IMG/VR virus record: IMGVR_UViG_3300005805_000119
Coordinates: 1-51,744 of that record
Reading direction: 5' to 3' (one strand)
Origin: a virus
Lineage: Duplodnaviria; Caudoviricetes
Length of the DNA stretch: 51,744 nucleotides
In this document: piece after piece, positions 19,644 to 31,618 of the stretch
Layout of the letters: each line of letters begins with the position of its first letter
Position numbering within the stretch: position 1 is the stretch's first letter
Notes under the pieces: model-generated
Database searches by the model: none
Seen by the model: only the letters and a program-made list of their open reading frames with translations
Told to the model about the DNA's origin: nothing
Made by a program: the position numbers and the translations under genes

Positions 19644-22600
19644 TAGTTATAATTTAAGTATTTAAGTGGATTGTATCTATCCACAATTGGTGATGTAGAA
19701 ATGCCAACTAATCCATTAGTATATGAAGTAAATTCTATTGGATTTACTCTAAGTGGAGTTGAAATTCTTCCCCAACTATATTGACCAAAGAAACTGCTAT
19801 ATCCGAGACCACTTAATGAATTATAGTCCTTGACACTAACTGTAACTTTTGCAACATAGGTCACACCAAATCCAACAGTATCTGTTTGTGCAATTGAAAC
19901 AGACGCAACTTCATAAATGTTATCTAAGAATGAAGTACCAACCCCAACAATGGAACCACTTTGATTGATAGAAGTAACTCCATTTCCAATATTTGAATTG
20001 TAAACTACAAAATAATAACCTGTTTGTATTCCACTTATGGTGATTGCAGTTCCTACAATTGAAGAATCTCTTAAGAAAGAATCACTTGGAATAACAAGAT
20101 CAAAGATAATGCCTGTAGATGCAACACCTACTGATGTAGTTGACACTCCAGAAATTATACCAAAGTCTCCACTGTAAGATACGGATTCTATTATTTCAGT
20201 TAATGGATTTGGTTCTTCTATTAAAACTAAAGGTGGATTTGTTGTTGTATAACCAGTTCCTGGAGAATTAATTATTATTGAAGTAACAATTCCGGAGGTA
20301 ATTGAAGAATTTGCAGTTGCTCTCTGTGTTGTGCCAAGACCAACTGGATTAGCGACAACCACTGCTGGAGCAAATGTATATCCAATGCCACCATTAGAGA
20401 TTACGATTGAACTTATTGTACCTGCAGAAGATACAACAGCAGTTGCAGAAGCACCAATAATAGAATCCTGAGAGATAATTATAATTTTATTATTATTAGT
20501 CAGGTTTTCTTTGTCACTGTCAAAGAATGTCTTAACACTTTCTACAAAAATTACAGTGGATCCAATTCCAATTGGTTGAATAATGTTAGTAGTTGGGAAA
20601 ATTAATGGTTCATATAAAATTCTATCTTTTGAGACTTCTCCACCATTAATAATTCTATCCTCAGTTTGTTTACACCAAGTTACTGGTCTAATATAAGTCG
20701 TAGTTTGTGCAATTCCTGGTCCTGGATATAAATTAGTGTTGACACTATCTGTTGAGTTTATTGTTGTTACAACTCTGAAATTTTCATCGTAAGAAATATT
20801 GTCATCATTTAGTTTTACATCATCTCCAACTTTTATGGTTTCTAAAACATCAACTTCAACTACATCAACAGATGATGTTCCTTGATAGAAAATAATTTTA
20901 GAGGTATCTCCCTGTTTTGGTGGTTCCGCAAATGTTATATAACTACCACCTTCAAATACATAACCTTCTCCAGGAACTTGGAGAATATCATTAATAAAGA
21001 CAAGTAAAGATGATTGAACATCAATTAATGATCCTGGCTTTGAACGAATAGTCGTTTGAACACCATTAATTTTTATTGGGAATAGAATTTTTGCTCCATC
21101 AAATAGTGAATCTAGTGGATCTATGACTTGCAAGTTACCAACAGTCCATCCAGAAAAACTATCAGAATATGTTTTATCGATAGTGATCGCAAATTCTCTA
21201 AATGGTAGGGAAGTGTCTGTTGGAATTCCTGCAATTCCACCAACATCTACCGTTAAAATTTCACCTTGACCATAACCATATCCGGTGTTTGTGATTTCAA
21301 AATCAATTACACTAGATCCTTGTCCAACTACAATATTAACTATTGCACTACTTCCAATTCCAGTTGTAGATGATGAACTATACACTAATGGAATATTAGA
21401 ATATGAAAGAGGATCATCAAATATTACAATGGGAGGATTTGTGGATGTATATCCTGTTCCTGGATTTGTTATTGCAACACTTACAATTCTACCTCCACTA
21501 ATTGCTGCAGTACCAATAAACTCAATATTTGGAATTCCCGTACTTAAAGTTGCAACTCCAACATTAACAACAGTTTGAATTCCAGATCTATAACCAGATC
21601 CACTATTTCCTATGCTAATTGAAGAAATAGTTCCAAGACCAGAAACAATAGCAGTTCCCCCTGCAGAAACAAGTGGTTGATATCCAAATCCCTCAGTGGA
21701 AGCAACAGATACAATAATTCCTCCTCTTGGTACTTCGGAGGTATTAACATCATATCCTATTGATGAAATTGATCCTGTGAATTGAATGGTAGAAATTCCA
21801 GTGCTTTCATTAATTTTATAATTCCCAATAACAGAAACTGATCCTAATCTTTGTGGTTGCTGGAAAATTTGATTAATTAAAAGAATCGCATTATCGGTAG
21901 AAATTCCAGATATACTTGATCCACTAGATGTTAATGTGAAAGAGGTTGTATATCCAGTAAACTGGGTAGAAATATCATCAAAAACATAATTTTTATCATA
22001 TGGACCTTGTGTTGTATTTGGAACACCAGACCTCATGAATGATCTTCCACTAAATGTAGAATATGTAGATATTCCAAGATAATCAACATCATCTGGAGAT
22101 CCTGAGGTTGTTCCTATGGGAGTTACTCCATAAGGTGCGGTTATAAAATTAATGTTATTATTAACAATGTTATAATCACCATCTACTTTAGTTACAAGTG
22201 CTCCATTTGAGTGTGTGGTTATTCCTGTTCCCATCCATTCTCTTTGTACCAGAAAAACATTTGTACTACCAAGTCCGACTGAACTTACTCTCATAATTTC
22301 ATCATCAATTTTTATTAAATCACCACCAAAGAATGAAGTAATTCCGGAAACAGCAATTGTTGTTTCAGATATAGTAACATTTTTTACTAAATTTGTTGTT
22401 ATTGCAGTAGAAACTATTGGAGACTGAATAACATTATCAATGCCAATGAGAACTCTGGAATTTTGTTTTTTGCCTGTAAATGCATGACTAGTTCCTATAC
22501 CAACAGAAGTTAAAGATAACGTAACTGGTGGATTCTTGAGAGCATTTTCTACACTGTCAGAAACTTTAATAGAAGTTTCATCATTCTTAACAACATAAAT

Positions 22601-25600
22601 CGTTGTTGGAAGTTTATCCGTTAAACCAATACCAGTGATGGTTGTTGCTGCAATTCCAATTGCCTGTGTTGTGCCTAATCCAGGATAAGAATATGTCAAT
22701 TCTTCTCCAGTAACAAAATAATGTCCAGGAATTTTAATTAAATTTTGAACCGTATCTACGACTGTAGAAGCACTTCCTATAAAATCTCTGCGGAAAATTG
22801 GTAGTTCGTTATGCAAAAGATTGAATGATCGTTTTACATCTGAGTCGGTTCCAGAATATGATCCATAATTAGACTCTATGTATGCGTTATTAAAATCAAT
22901 CAATGTGTTAGGATCAGATACGTCCGCAAGTCTTAATGCATTTTGGAAAACTCTAACTTCAACATCAATACTAGGAATTGGAGTAAAGAGCAGCTGCGTT
23001 GTTGCAGAAACACTTGCATCAAATGTTCCAAGTCCAGAATTGGTTTCAATAGTTCCATATTCAACAATGGAAGCTGTAGTACCATCATCGATTAAAAGAA
23101 TTTCTGATACCTGATATTCATTGTTTGTTTTGTCTTCTATACTTACAATGTAATAAGCACATGAATAATCATCATTAGTTGTAGTTGTTCCTGCACCAGT
23201 TTGATATTCTGAGATTGTTGATGCCGTTGGGGAACCACTAGCAGATATTGATGTGATTCTCGAATCCAAAATACTATTAGACAACTGAATGGTAGAAATT
23301 CCAGTTGATGCTGTATTTGCTATTGAAACTATTAAACTATTAACATAATGAGTTGCTCCTAATCCAGAGTTAGGTGTGAATTTAATATCAATATTTGATC
23401 CAGATAAAACTGCACCGTAAGTTCCAAGACCAGTTGAAACAATAGGAGAAGTTGGACTTGTAGTGATTAATTGACCATACTCACGTAAGGAAACATTTGA
23501 TCCATTATGAATAACGGTCAACTCATTAAATTCTGAATAAGAGTTGTCTGTCGATGCAATGGAAACGAGAACTTTTGAAGATCTATAGGTGGATGCAATT
23601 CCAACTATTGTAGTTTGAGAACTTGATCCTAATGGCAGCGTCTGAGCATTGCTGTAGATCTTTACAGTGTCTCCTAAAGATGTTTCTCCAACTCCAGAAA
23701 TAGTTCCTTCGATATTATAAGAAACTAAATTAACATTATAGTTGTTTATTGAAGATTTGGTTGGATAGAATAAAAGATTTCCTTCTGTTCCGGAAATATT
23801 GAAATCAAAATATCCAAGATCAATCACAGTTTCATTTCTTCCATATTGATTTATAAATCCATATGAATTATTATGAGCAAGAGTAACTAACAGAATTTGT
23901 TTTTCTGAAGTAAATCTCTTATCTGATACGTAGGTAATATATTTTTTAGATATAGCATCTAAATTAAATGTATCTACAACACTGAACTGTGTAGGTCTTG
24001 GATTGCTATTAAATTGATTACTGATATCATCAATAAGCAAAACTCTATTGCCAACAGACTCAATATAATCCTGAAGAATTGCTGATTTAAATATTATTTC
24101 ATTAGAATACTTCTGAGAGTCTAAGTCAATAATATTTTCAGTTGCTAGGTCAAAATCATTAACACAATTTAAATCAACAGTTCGAATAAGATCTGCAATT
24201 CCAGTAAAATCTCCAGAATTTTGAGTTGTTGCAATTCCTACATTATTTGTATCTTGAGACTCTACAATTAAATCACTAAATTTTTTAAATCCAGCAGTGT
24301 GGTTTAATGAACTTACTGCATCATTCCAATCCTCATATTCAACTTTAGACTTGATTGAATATGAAAAATATTGATAATAATCACTATCATGCAATCTTTG
24401 AAGATCATTGTTTAAAAATCCCGTTTCTTTATTCCACCCATTTGTGACTATCGAAGATGAATCTACTTTATAGTGAGATGGGAATGAAATAACTGAAACA
24501 ATTGTTCCCTGGCTATTTGAAGAGAGTCCTTTAATAACCTCACCAGAGACAAATTCATCAACAGTGGAAACTTTAAGATATCCATTTTTATTTTCCCAAC
24601 TATTAACCTTTCCATAACCAGAATCCGCAACAACCACCTCACCTTCAAAAAATTCATTTTTGGATAAAGAAATATTAAAAATGGGGAAATATTTTGAAGG
24701 AATAATTCTTCCAGAAGAATTTAAAGAATCAAAAGAACCAGGAATTTCTCCATTATTCAAATAATTCGTTAAATCATAAACTACAGAAGGATTTGCTCCA
24801 CCAATATTTGCATCAACTTGTGTTAGAGTAAAAAGTGAATAGTTATATCTTGAGGAATTGTAACCTTTGGCCGTGCTTGCTATTCCTACACTAATACCCT
24901 CAACTAGTATTTTATCTCCAATTTCAAATGGAAAATCATTTATAGAACTAAAACTAACTCCTAAAGAAACAGTTACGTTCTTTGTAGTGCTATTAAATGA
25001 TATATTAGAAACTGGTATTCCATTAGAGTTATTGACTGGTATTAGAATAGGATTTTTGTCATTTAATCCCTTAGTATTTTTGAGTATCGATACTTCAGAA
25101 TCTCCGAGTTCATATTTTAAATCAACATCTAAAACTTGTTTATTTGTAACTCCATCCAAAACAATTAAATTTGGAGCAACCAGATAATTAACACCAACAG
25201 AAGTTATTCCAATTCTATTGAATGTGGAAAATGGTTCTATTTTTAAAATTTCTGGTAATTTTGCCTCTGGTCTTAATGTTGTATCGGCAGAATACTCAAA
25301 ACCAATATCCTGAATTTCGGTTTTTAAAATTTTTCCAATGGTATTGCTTTCTGAGAATAAGATAGCACCAGTTCCATAAACAGATGTTATTGAAGAAATT
25401 CCAGGGAGAGATTTGTAATTTCTTCCTGGAGAAGAAATTATGGATGATGATATTCCACCAAAAGCAGAAAGTGAATTTGTAGTATATTCAAACTTACCAT
25501 CATTTGGTGTATATGATGTTCTTCTTGGACGATTTGCTACATTAAATGTAAATGTTGTTGATCCAATTCCAGTCAATACATGACTTCCAGTAAGAACATT

Positions 25601-28600
25601 ATCAACGACTGTTAGGGTATTGTTGCTATTAATATTTTCGGAATCTAAAATTATTTCTTTTTTAAATGTATTGTTTATATCAATATTAGCTGGTTTTAAT
25701 GCATAATACAAGTTCTTTGGCAGATTATCTGTAACAGTAAGTGTCAATGAAGCATCTGCACTAATTCCAATGTTTCCTTTTTTAACTACTTCGAATATTG
25801 TATTTGAAGAACTTGAATAGAATGGAAACTTACATTCTGGGTCAGAATAAACATCAAAGTCAAATGCAGAGTAAATTATTGAATTATTCGTAAATGACAA
25901 GGATGAATCAGAAAGATCAAAAATGACCGATTGATTTTTCTCAATATTAATTGGTGGATTAACTTCAGAAATGGTTCCAGAAGTTGATGTGGTTATGTCT
26001 ATAACTTTAGGATTTTCTATAATTGCTGAATAATAAGAATCCGATAATTTAATAGTATTTGAGTCTACAACAACAATATAATATAAAGATTCATCAACAA
26101 GACCTGCAGCTGGTGCTGCTGATGTGTATAAAACCTTCTGTCCATTATAATATCCATGATCGTTCAGAGTTATCGAATTATTGACTATATCAATTGATGC
26201 AAAAGATCTTGGATTTATTATCATCCTTCTATTGTAATCATCATACTTGACCACAACTGTTGTCGAAATTCCTGGTTTGGATATTAAAGAAATTTTATCC
26301 AAATAAGAAAGACCGTGAGTTGATGCAGTTGAAACAGTTACAATATTTTTGGAAACTTCTGCAACTAAAGTATTTGCATAGTTTGTTTTAAAACTATGAA
26401 CTACACCACTCCCAGAAGAAGTAAAATATAATAAACCTGCGGCAGTTGTTCCTAAACCAACATATCCACCGGTTGATCCTAATCCAACTTTAAACGTAGA
26501 AATACCAATTAAATCATTAGTAAATTTTGTAGCATAAACTATTGAATTATCTGTAATAGCAAAACTAGATTGCCCGTCAGTTGATATTGAGATGGACGTT
26601 CCACCATTATTAGAATATATTAATGAATCTCCTGTGTTTAAATTATGATTTTTTATATAAATTGATTTAGTTGGAATTGTGATCTGAGTCACTCCAGATC
26701 CAGGATTTGAGAAATTAATTGTGCTGGTGATTCCAACCCCTGAAGTTGTTCCCAGTCCAACAGATTCTACTGGATTGAAATAAATTTGTTTTTGTAAAGT
26801 ATAATTGTAATTATCATTTACTTTGAAGTTGGAAGTAAGTTTTCTTGTTTTTTCAGATAAAGTAAACCCTGCAGAGTAAGCCAGTCCTGATGTATTATTG
26901 TGGTTTCTAAGAACCCTAATTCTAGAAGATTGTAAATCTACATTTAAAACTTTTACTTGTTCATTTCCAATTTGATATACATCATTTTCTCTTACATCTG
27001 GATATCTAAGAGGTCCAGAAACATCAAAATACGTTACTATGCCAGTAACTGTGGTTGATCCAACTCCAACTGCCAATGTTAGTGAATTAGTTTTTATTCC
27101 AATGTTTGAAGATAACTCATAGTCACTAGATATAGTGATCGTAGTAAGATCTCCATTAGAAAAATTATGGGGAACTGTAGCAAATCCTAAGAAAGAATTA
27201 CCATATGAATAAAATTCTACATTTTGAATGGTAGACGTTGCAATGCTAATTTGATTAATAGATTTTCCTGTAAGTCTGGAAACTTTAGCCTTAGCTCCAG
27301 ATCCTCCAGTATTAGTATTATCAAATTTAATAGAGTCATTTACTTTATAGTCAAAACCTTCAGTTTTAATGCCAATAGAAGAGACTTTTCCAAGTTCAAT
27401 TGATATTATTTCTGTGTTTTGTGGTTGAATGGTATTTGGATCAACAACAAAATCATAGAAAGTTCTATCTTTATTGAAATTGTATGGAGTAGTGTTTCTA
27501 ATTAAATTGGTTTTTGATAAATCAATATCATCTTGGTTTGATAACTTACTAAAGTTATAATCAATTGGTTTGGATTTAAAACTATTTCCAATAAAGTAAG
27601 GGAAAACTGGCTTCCTATAATTTATAAACTGAGAACTGGATTCAACTGTAACTGGATTTATAGTTGTAAAGTATGCATAAATTCCATTAGGGAACTCTGG
27701 TGTTACACAAAATCTTCCATTATATTCATCAAGATCTCCTACATTTTTATAGGCATAATCCTCTACAAAAAATCCATTTGGATATAAAGAGTTTCCTCCC
27801 GATGTCACTGGATTTGGACGATCTGCATCTAACAAATTATCATAACCAGATTTCATTATTTTTACTGGTCCACCTGTCAATGAAGAATATCCATATGGAC
27901 CGTAAATTGGATTTCCATCATAAGCCCAACCAATTATTGGTGAGTGAGTATCTGATAATATTTCCTTGTTATTTGCAATTTGCAAGTCTGGAACATATGT
28001 TAACTTACCATTAACTACTTTTGTTCCATATACAGATTGTCTTAATTTTCTAGGAGAATACAAATGTGAATATTGTAGACCAAAAGATGTATTAGTTCCT
28101 TTAGTAATTACACCATCATCATCAACAATTTGATTATTCTGTAGTAATCTTTCAAATATGTTGATCGTCCATTTTTTTGGAGTGGCACTAAAACGAGCAC
28201 CAGAACCAGCAGCAACAACTTCAACTGTAGTATTTGAAGTTTCATAATTAACTCCACCACTTACAACATTTACCTCTGTTATTGATCCATTAGAAATTAG
28301 AGGTGATAAAATAGCACCTTGTCCAGAACCATAAATGTTTACATCGGGTGGAGAATTATAACCACTTCCTCCACTTAACACTATAATTTCTTTTACTTGC
28401 CCATTTGAAATAATCGGTTTTAGTTCTGCCGCAGATCCACTGTTTAAAGAAAAAGTTGGTTGCCTATTATAATTTAAAATTTCAGAAGCACCATATCCAA
28501 CTCCGCCGTTTTCTACAAATACCGATTTGATTTCTCCTCTAAAAATAGGTTGCAATACTGAGTTGAAGTTTTGATTACTAGACGTAGAAACACCTATTAG

Positions 28601-31600
28601 TCCAGAAACAGTAACTTTAATTTCTGGATAGTTAAATACATGGTTTCCTGTTCCTGTTGATTCTAAATCAATAAATTGATTTGTTTTGTAGAAAAAGTCT
28701 TGGTTAGTAGAACCCAATCCAACTGCAGATAGTTTAAAACTATCATTATCCACTTTTGTTAAGTAGTAAGACCCAGTAGATAATCCACCTATGGGAGTTG
28801 CCTCAGGAGTGTATTGAATTAAATCTCCACTTTTATATCCATGACTTTTTACATTGATAATATTTGATGAAGTATTAATACCAGAAGAAACTGCTACCGT
28901 TTTATTATTTTTATACCCTTCACCAGAACTTACTATAGAAACTGATCCTAAAATAGATTTTTTATTAACACACTCTACTGTATGATTTCCTACACCATAA
29001 GATGTCAGATTTATGTTATTAATTTTTGATGTAGCATCCGAAAAACTATTGTGAATTTTTACTGTATAAGCATCTTCTATTGAAAGATAATATGTAGAAT
29101 TTGTAGAAAGACCTCCAACCGATGTCTGTCCATCAGTCTTATATACTATGAACTCACCATCTCTAAATTTATGATAAGTTGAAAAAGCTATGGTATTGTT
29201 TGTAAGATTTACTAATCCTGCATTAATCGTAGAATTAAAAGAAACTGAATGGTTTATAGAAACCATATTTGGTTTTGCTACAGCACCGTTACCATTTCCT
29301 CCAGAAATTATAATTTTAGGTTCTCCTACAAAATCAAATCCACCATCAATAACTTCTATTCTTTTTAAATTTCCTTCAACACCACAGTAACATGATGCTC
29401 CAACACCAATGTTATCTGTTACTTGTAAAGAGGGTGGATTGATTACATCATATCCATCTCCATTTGAAGTTACTTCTACATTCTGAATTGGTCCATAAAA
29501 AACAGCATCATTTGATTTATAATTTAAAATTTCAACACCATTAACTAAAATTCCAATTAATCCTGGAGTTGTTTCAACATTATCATTAGTTGTTTCAGGT
29601 GAAGATAATTTTCTTATTGTTTTTTGTGGTTCTAATTTTTGTTGGGATAGAGAAGTATACTCTAAAGTATTATTAGTTACAGTCCCATTTACAGAAATAT
29701 ATTTTTCATTAAAAATATTTGCTCTGCTTTTTGATAATTTTATTGTATTGTCATCTACTTTTTTTACAAAATAAATCCCATCAGATATATTAAGATTGTT
29801 TGTAGAACTTACTGATTTGTATGTTACAGAGTCTCCTGTATAAAATCCGTGATTAGGAATTGATAAATCTTCTCCACTAAAAGATCCAGTTAAAGTTACA
29901 GATCTATTATTAATGTTTAGTGGTTGATTAAGATAACTTGGAATTGACGGTGAAGTTACAAATAAAGATTTTTTATCGGTATAAGTATTTTGAACATTTG
30001 TTGTGTAAATGCTCAATTCTGGATAATTATTCGATTCTACTTTTGATAATGACTTTCGTATTGTATATGAAAAAGATGTATTAAGTTGACCTTGATCTTG
30101 GATTACAACTGAATTCTCATTCAATACCGAAACAATCTTGCAAGATTTTTCTACACCATCTGAAGAAATTATTTTTGCAATATCTCCAGGATTAAAATTA
30201 TGAGTATCGTATGTATCTACTTTATATGTAAAAATAGAACTATTCTGAATAGTTAAAGATCTTACGTCATACAATGTCGAGATATTATAGAACCAATTAT
30301 TTGATTGATAATCAGTTAAACCTATTCCAGGAAATTTTGTTTCAATAATATCACCTGTGTCATAGTAATAAGTCTCATTTAAATTATCTAAACCTGATAA
30401 AACACCAGTAACTCTGACTTTTATAACATTTGAAGAATCTGTACTTAGTCCAGAATATCCAAAAGCGTAAGCATCCAATCTAAGATCTTGCTTTAAATTT
30501 ATATTTCTGTCTACTCCAGAGCATCCAAAAAATTGATTTAAGGTTTTAGATTGATACGTTATTGTGGAAGAAGTTCCATCTACATAATCTGCTATCAGAG
30601 TCCCTGTTGTTGGAAATCCAACTGTTGAATCAACATCAAGAGTGGTTGCTCCAATGGAAACAGAAGTTACTAATTTGGTTTGAGGATGAATTGAAAATTT
30701 TCCAAAAATAGATCCTTGAACATTAATATCTTTATTAAAATCATAATCTAAACTTAAAACATAATAGTTCTTTCCGTTTCTAACTATTTTTTGAACATCA
30801 GTAACCGATCCTCTTGCAGACGGAAAGTTATCGGTTTCATCTTGAAACAGAGTTCTATTCAAAAGATTTTCTGGGTCTCCCTCAATTGGAGATACTACCA
30901 GATTTCTTACTACTCTATATTGAGCATCTGATGGGGCAAAAAGATAATCTCTTGGCTTTATAACCTCTACATCTTCACCATAAAGTGATCTGAATAAAAT
31001 TTCAAAAGATTGATCTGCTCCCTTAGATGAATAAAAATCTTTGGATTGTTTAATAAAAATTCTTTGGTCAAGTCCAGAATATAATTGCCTATCTTCAAAT
31101 CCTGGAGTTACTTGAGTTTTAACTTTATTAAAAAATTCTTTGAGGAAAATTACACTTAAATTATTTACTGTAGTCCCTGATGTATGAGTAGCGATTCCAG
31201 ACTGAGAAAAAACTAATTCATCTGGAGTATTATAACTTCTATATGAAGTGATTCCACTAAATCCTCTTAGACAACCAGTAAAGGAGTTCGTAGTGATTCC
31301 AGTGTAAGTAATAATTTCGGAATCGATTTCAATTAATCCATATGATTTTGGAAAACCATATGTCGATTGAACAGAAATGGTAGTGTCTTGAAAATCAACA
31401 TCACTTGAAAGTAAAGTATTATCAGTTATATTTGCTAAATTATCGACTTTAACATACTTGTCAATATTTTGCAAAAGATCTAAAGTAGAACCTTGTCCTT
31501 CTAAGGACAAATAGTATTGAGACAAAAATTCACCGACTAAAGGAAATTCATCTCTTACAAATTCAGGAAGCTGGTTCTCAACAATTGAACTGATTTTTAC

Positions 31601-31615
31601 TCTGTTATCTACCAT
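19643..31615 (-). CDS. gp7: Giant baseplate wedge initiator (3990 aa) with YHYH-like and fibre-type domains
   Basis: N-terminal VENQLPEFV...FYSSKG...SFEILFRSLYG; HDSDYYQYFSYSIKS...HTAGFKKFSDL; internal HSPIIGWAYDGNPIYGPYGY...LDEYNGRFCVTPEFPNGIYAYF; lies between gp6 and gp8. Confidence 0.88.
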   Translation of the reverse strand: MVDNRVKISSIVENQLPEFVRDEFPLVGEFLSQYYLSLEGQGSTLDLLQNIDKYVKVDNLANITDNTLLSSDVDFQDTTISVQSTYGFPKSYGLIEIDSEIITYTGITTNSFTGCLRGFSGITSYRSYNTPDELVFSQSGIATHTSGTTVNNLSVIFLKEFFNKVKTQVTPGFEDRQLYSGLDQRIFIKQSKDFYSSKGADQSFEILFRSLYGEDVEVIKPRDYLFAPSDAQYRVVRNLVVSPIEGDPENLLNRTLFQDETDNFPSARGSVTDVQKIVRNGKNYYVLSLDYDFNKDINVQGSIFGKFSIHPQTKLVTSVSIGATTLDVDSTVGFPTTGTLIADYVDGTSSTITYQSKTLNQFFGCSGVDRNINLKQDLRLDAYAFGYSGLSTDSSNVIKVRVTGVLSGLDNLNETYYYDTGDIIETKFPGIGLTDYQSNNWFYNISTLYDVRSLTIQNSSIFTYKVDTYDTHNFNPGDIAKIISSDGVEKSCKIVSVLNENSVVIQDQGQLNTSFSYTIRKSLSKVESNNYPELSIYTTNVQNTYTDKKSLFVTSPSIPSYLNQPLNINNRSVTLTGSFSGEDLSIPNHGFYTGDSVTYKSVSSTNNLNISDGIYFVKKVDDNTIKLSKSRANIFNEKYISVNGTVTNNTLEYTSLSQQKLEPQKTIRKLSSPETTNDNVETTPGLIGILVNGVEILNYKSNDAVFYGPIQNVEVTSNGDGYDVINPPSLQVTDNIGVGASCYCGVEGNLKRIEVIDGGFDFVGEPKIIISGGNGNGAVAKPNMVSINHSVSFNSTINAGLVNLTNNTIAFSTYHKFRDGEFIVYKTDGQTSVGGLSTNSTYYLSIEDAYTVKIHNSFSDATSKINNINLTSYGVGNHTVECVNKKSILGSVSIVSSGEGYKNNKTVAVSSGINTSSNIINVKSHGYKSGDLIQYTPEATPIGGLSTGSYYLTKVDNDSFKLSAVGLGSTNQDFFYKTNQFIDLESTGTGNHVFNYPEIKVTVSGLIGVSTSSNQNFNSVLQPIFRGEIKSVFVENGGVGYGASEILNYNRQPTFSLNSGSAAELKPIISNGQVKEIIVLSGGSGYNSPPDVNIYGSGQGAILSPLISNGSITEVNVVSGGVNYETSNTTVEVVAAGSGARFSATPKKWTINIFERLLQNNQIVDDDGVITKGTNTSFGLQYSHLYSPRKLRQSVYGTKVVNGKLTYVPDLQIANNKEILSDTHSPIIGWAYDGNPIYGPYGYSSLTGGPVKIMKSGYDNLLDADRPNPVTSGGNSLYPNGFFVEDYAYKNVGDLDEYNGRFCVTPEFPNGIYAYFTTINPVTVESSSQFINYRKPVFPYFIGNSFKSKPIDYNFSKLSNQDDIDLSKTNLIRNTTPYNFNKDRTFYDFVVDPNTIQPQNTEIISIELGKVSSIGIKTEGFDYKVNDSIKFDNTNTGGSGAKAKVSRLTGKSINQISIATSTIQNVEFYSYGNSFLGFATVPHNFSNGDLTTITISSDYELSSNIGIKTNSLTLAVGVGSTTVTGIVTYFDVSGPLRYPDVRENDVYQIGNEQVKVLNVDLQSSRIRVLRNHNNTSGLAYSAGFTLSEKTRKLTSNFKVNDNYNYTLQKQIYFNPVESVGLGTTSGVGITSTINFSNPGSGVTQITIPTKSIYIKNHNLNTGDSLIYSNNGGTSISISTDGQSSFAITDNSIVYATKFTNDLIGISTFKVGLGSTGGYVGLGTTAAGLLYFTSSGSGVVHSFKTNYANTLVAEVSKNIVTVSTASTHGLSYLDKISLISKPGISTTVVVKYDDYNRRMIINPRSFASIDIVNNSITLNDHGYYNGQKVLYTSAAPAAGLVDESLYYIVVVDSNTIKLSDSYYSAIIENPKVIDITTSTSGTISEVNPPINIEKNQSVIFDLSDSSLSFTNNSIIYSAFDFDVYSDPECKFPFYSSSSNTIFEVVKKGNIGISADASLTLTVTDNLPKNLYYALKPANIDINNTFKKEIILDSENINSNNTLTVVDNVLTGSHVLTGIGSTTFTFNVANRPRRTSYTPNDGKFEYTTNSLSAFGGISSSIISSPGRNYKSLPGISSITSVYGTGAILFSESNTIGKILKTEIQDIGFEYSADTTLRPEAKLPEILKIEPFSTFNRIGITSVGVNYLVAPNLIVLDGVTNKQVLDVDLKYELGDSEVSILKNTKGLNDKNPILIPVNNSNGIPVSNISFNSTTKNVTVSLGVSFSSINDFPFEIGDKILVEGISVGIASTAKGYNSSRYNYSLFTLTQVDANIGGANPSVVYDLTNYLNNGEIPGSFDSLNSSGRIIPSKYFPIFNISLSKNEFFEGEVVVADSGYGKVNSWENKNGYLKVSTVDEFVSGEVIKGLSSNSQGTIVSVISFPSHYKVDSSSIVTNGWNKETGFLNNDLQRLHDSDYYQYFSYSIKSKVEYEDWNDAVSSLNHTAGFKKFSDLIVESQDTNNVGIATTQNSGDFTGIADLIRTVDLNCVNDFDLATENIIDLDSQKYSNEIIFKSAILQDYIESVGNRVLLIDDISNQFNSNPRPTQFSVVDTFNLDAISKKYITYVSDKRFTSEKQILLVTLAHNNSYGFINQYGRNETVIDLGYFDFNISGTEGNLLFYPTKSSINNYNVNLVSYNIEGTISGVGETSLGDTVKIYSNAQTLPLGSSSQTTIVGIASTYRSSKVLVSIASTDNSYSEFNELTVIHNGSNVSLREYGQLITTSPTSPIVSTGLGTYGAVLSGSNIDIKFTPNSGLGATHYVNSLIVSIANTASTGISTIQLSNSILDSRITSISASGSPTASTISEYQTGAGTTTTNDDYSCAYYIVSIEDKTNNEYQVSEILLIDDGTTASIVEYGTIETNSGLGTFDASVSATTQLLFTPIPSIDVEVRVFQNALRLADVSDPNTLIDFNNAYIESNYGSYSGTDSDVKRSFNLLHNELPIFRRDFIGSASTVVDTVQNLIKIPGHYFVTGEELTYSYPGLGTTQAIGIAATTITGIGLTDKLPTTIYVVKNDETSIKVSDSVENALKNPPVTLSLTSVGIGTSHAFTGKKQNSRVLIGIDNVIQSPIVSTAITTNLVKNVTISETTIAVSGITSFFGGDLIKIDDEIMRVSSVGLGSTNVFLVQREWMGTGITTHSNGALVTKVDGDYNIVNNNINFITAPYGVTPIGTTSGSPDDVDYLGISTYSTFSGRSFMRSGVPNTTQGPYDKNYVFDDISTQFTGYTTSFTLTSSGSSISGISTDNAILLINQIFQQPQRLGSVSVIGNYKINESTGISTIQFTGSISSIGYDVNTSEVPRGGIIVSVASTEGFGYQPLVSAGGTAIVSGLGTISSISIGNSGSGYRSGIQTVVNVGVATLSTGIPNIEFIGTAAISGGRIVSVAITNPGTGYTSTNPPIVIFDDPLSYSNIPLVYSSSSTTGIGSSAIVNIVVGQGSSVIDFEITNTGYGYGQGEILTVDVGGIAGIPTDTSLPFREFAITIDKTYSDSFSGWTVGNLQVIDPLDSLFDGAKILFPIKINGVQTTIRSKPGSLIDVQSSLLVFINDILQVPGEGYVFEGGSYITFAEPPKQGDTSKIIFYQGTSSVDVVEVDVLETIKVGDDVKLNDDNISYDENFRVVTTINSTDSVNTNLYPGPGIAQTTTYIRPVTWCKQTEDRIINGGEVSKDRILYEPLIFPTTNIIQPIGIGSTVIFVESVKTFFDSDKENLTNNNKIIIISQDSIIGASATAVVSSAGTISSIVISNGGIGYTFAPAVVVANPVGLGTTQRATANSSITSGIVTSIIINSPGTGYTTTNPPLVLIEEPNPLTEIIESVSYSGDFGIISGVSTTSVGVASTGIIFDLVIPSDSFLRDSSIVGTAITISGIQTGYYFVVYNSNIGNGVTSINQSGSIVGVGTSFLDNIYEVASVSIAQTDTVGFGVTYVAKVTVSVKDYNSLSGLGYSSFFGQYSWGRISTPLRVNPIEFTSYTNGLVGISTSPIVDRYNPLKYLNYN

Positions 31616-31618
31616 TTT

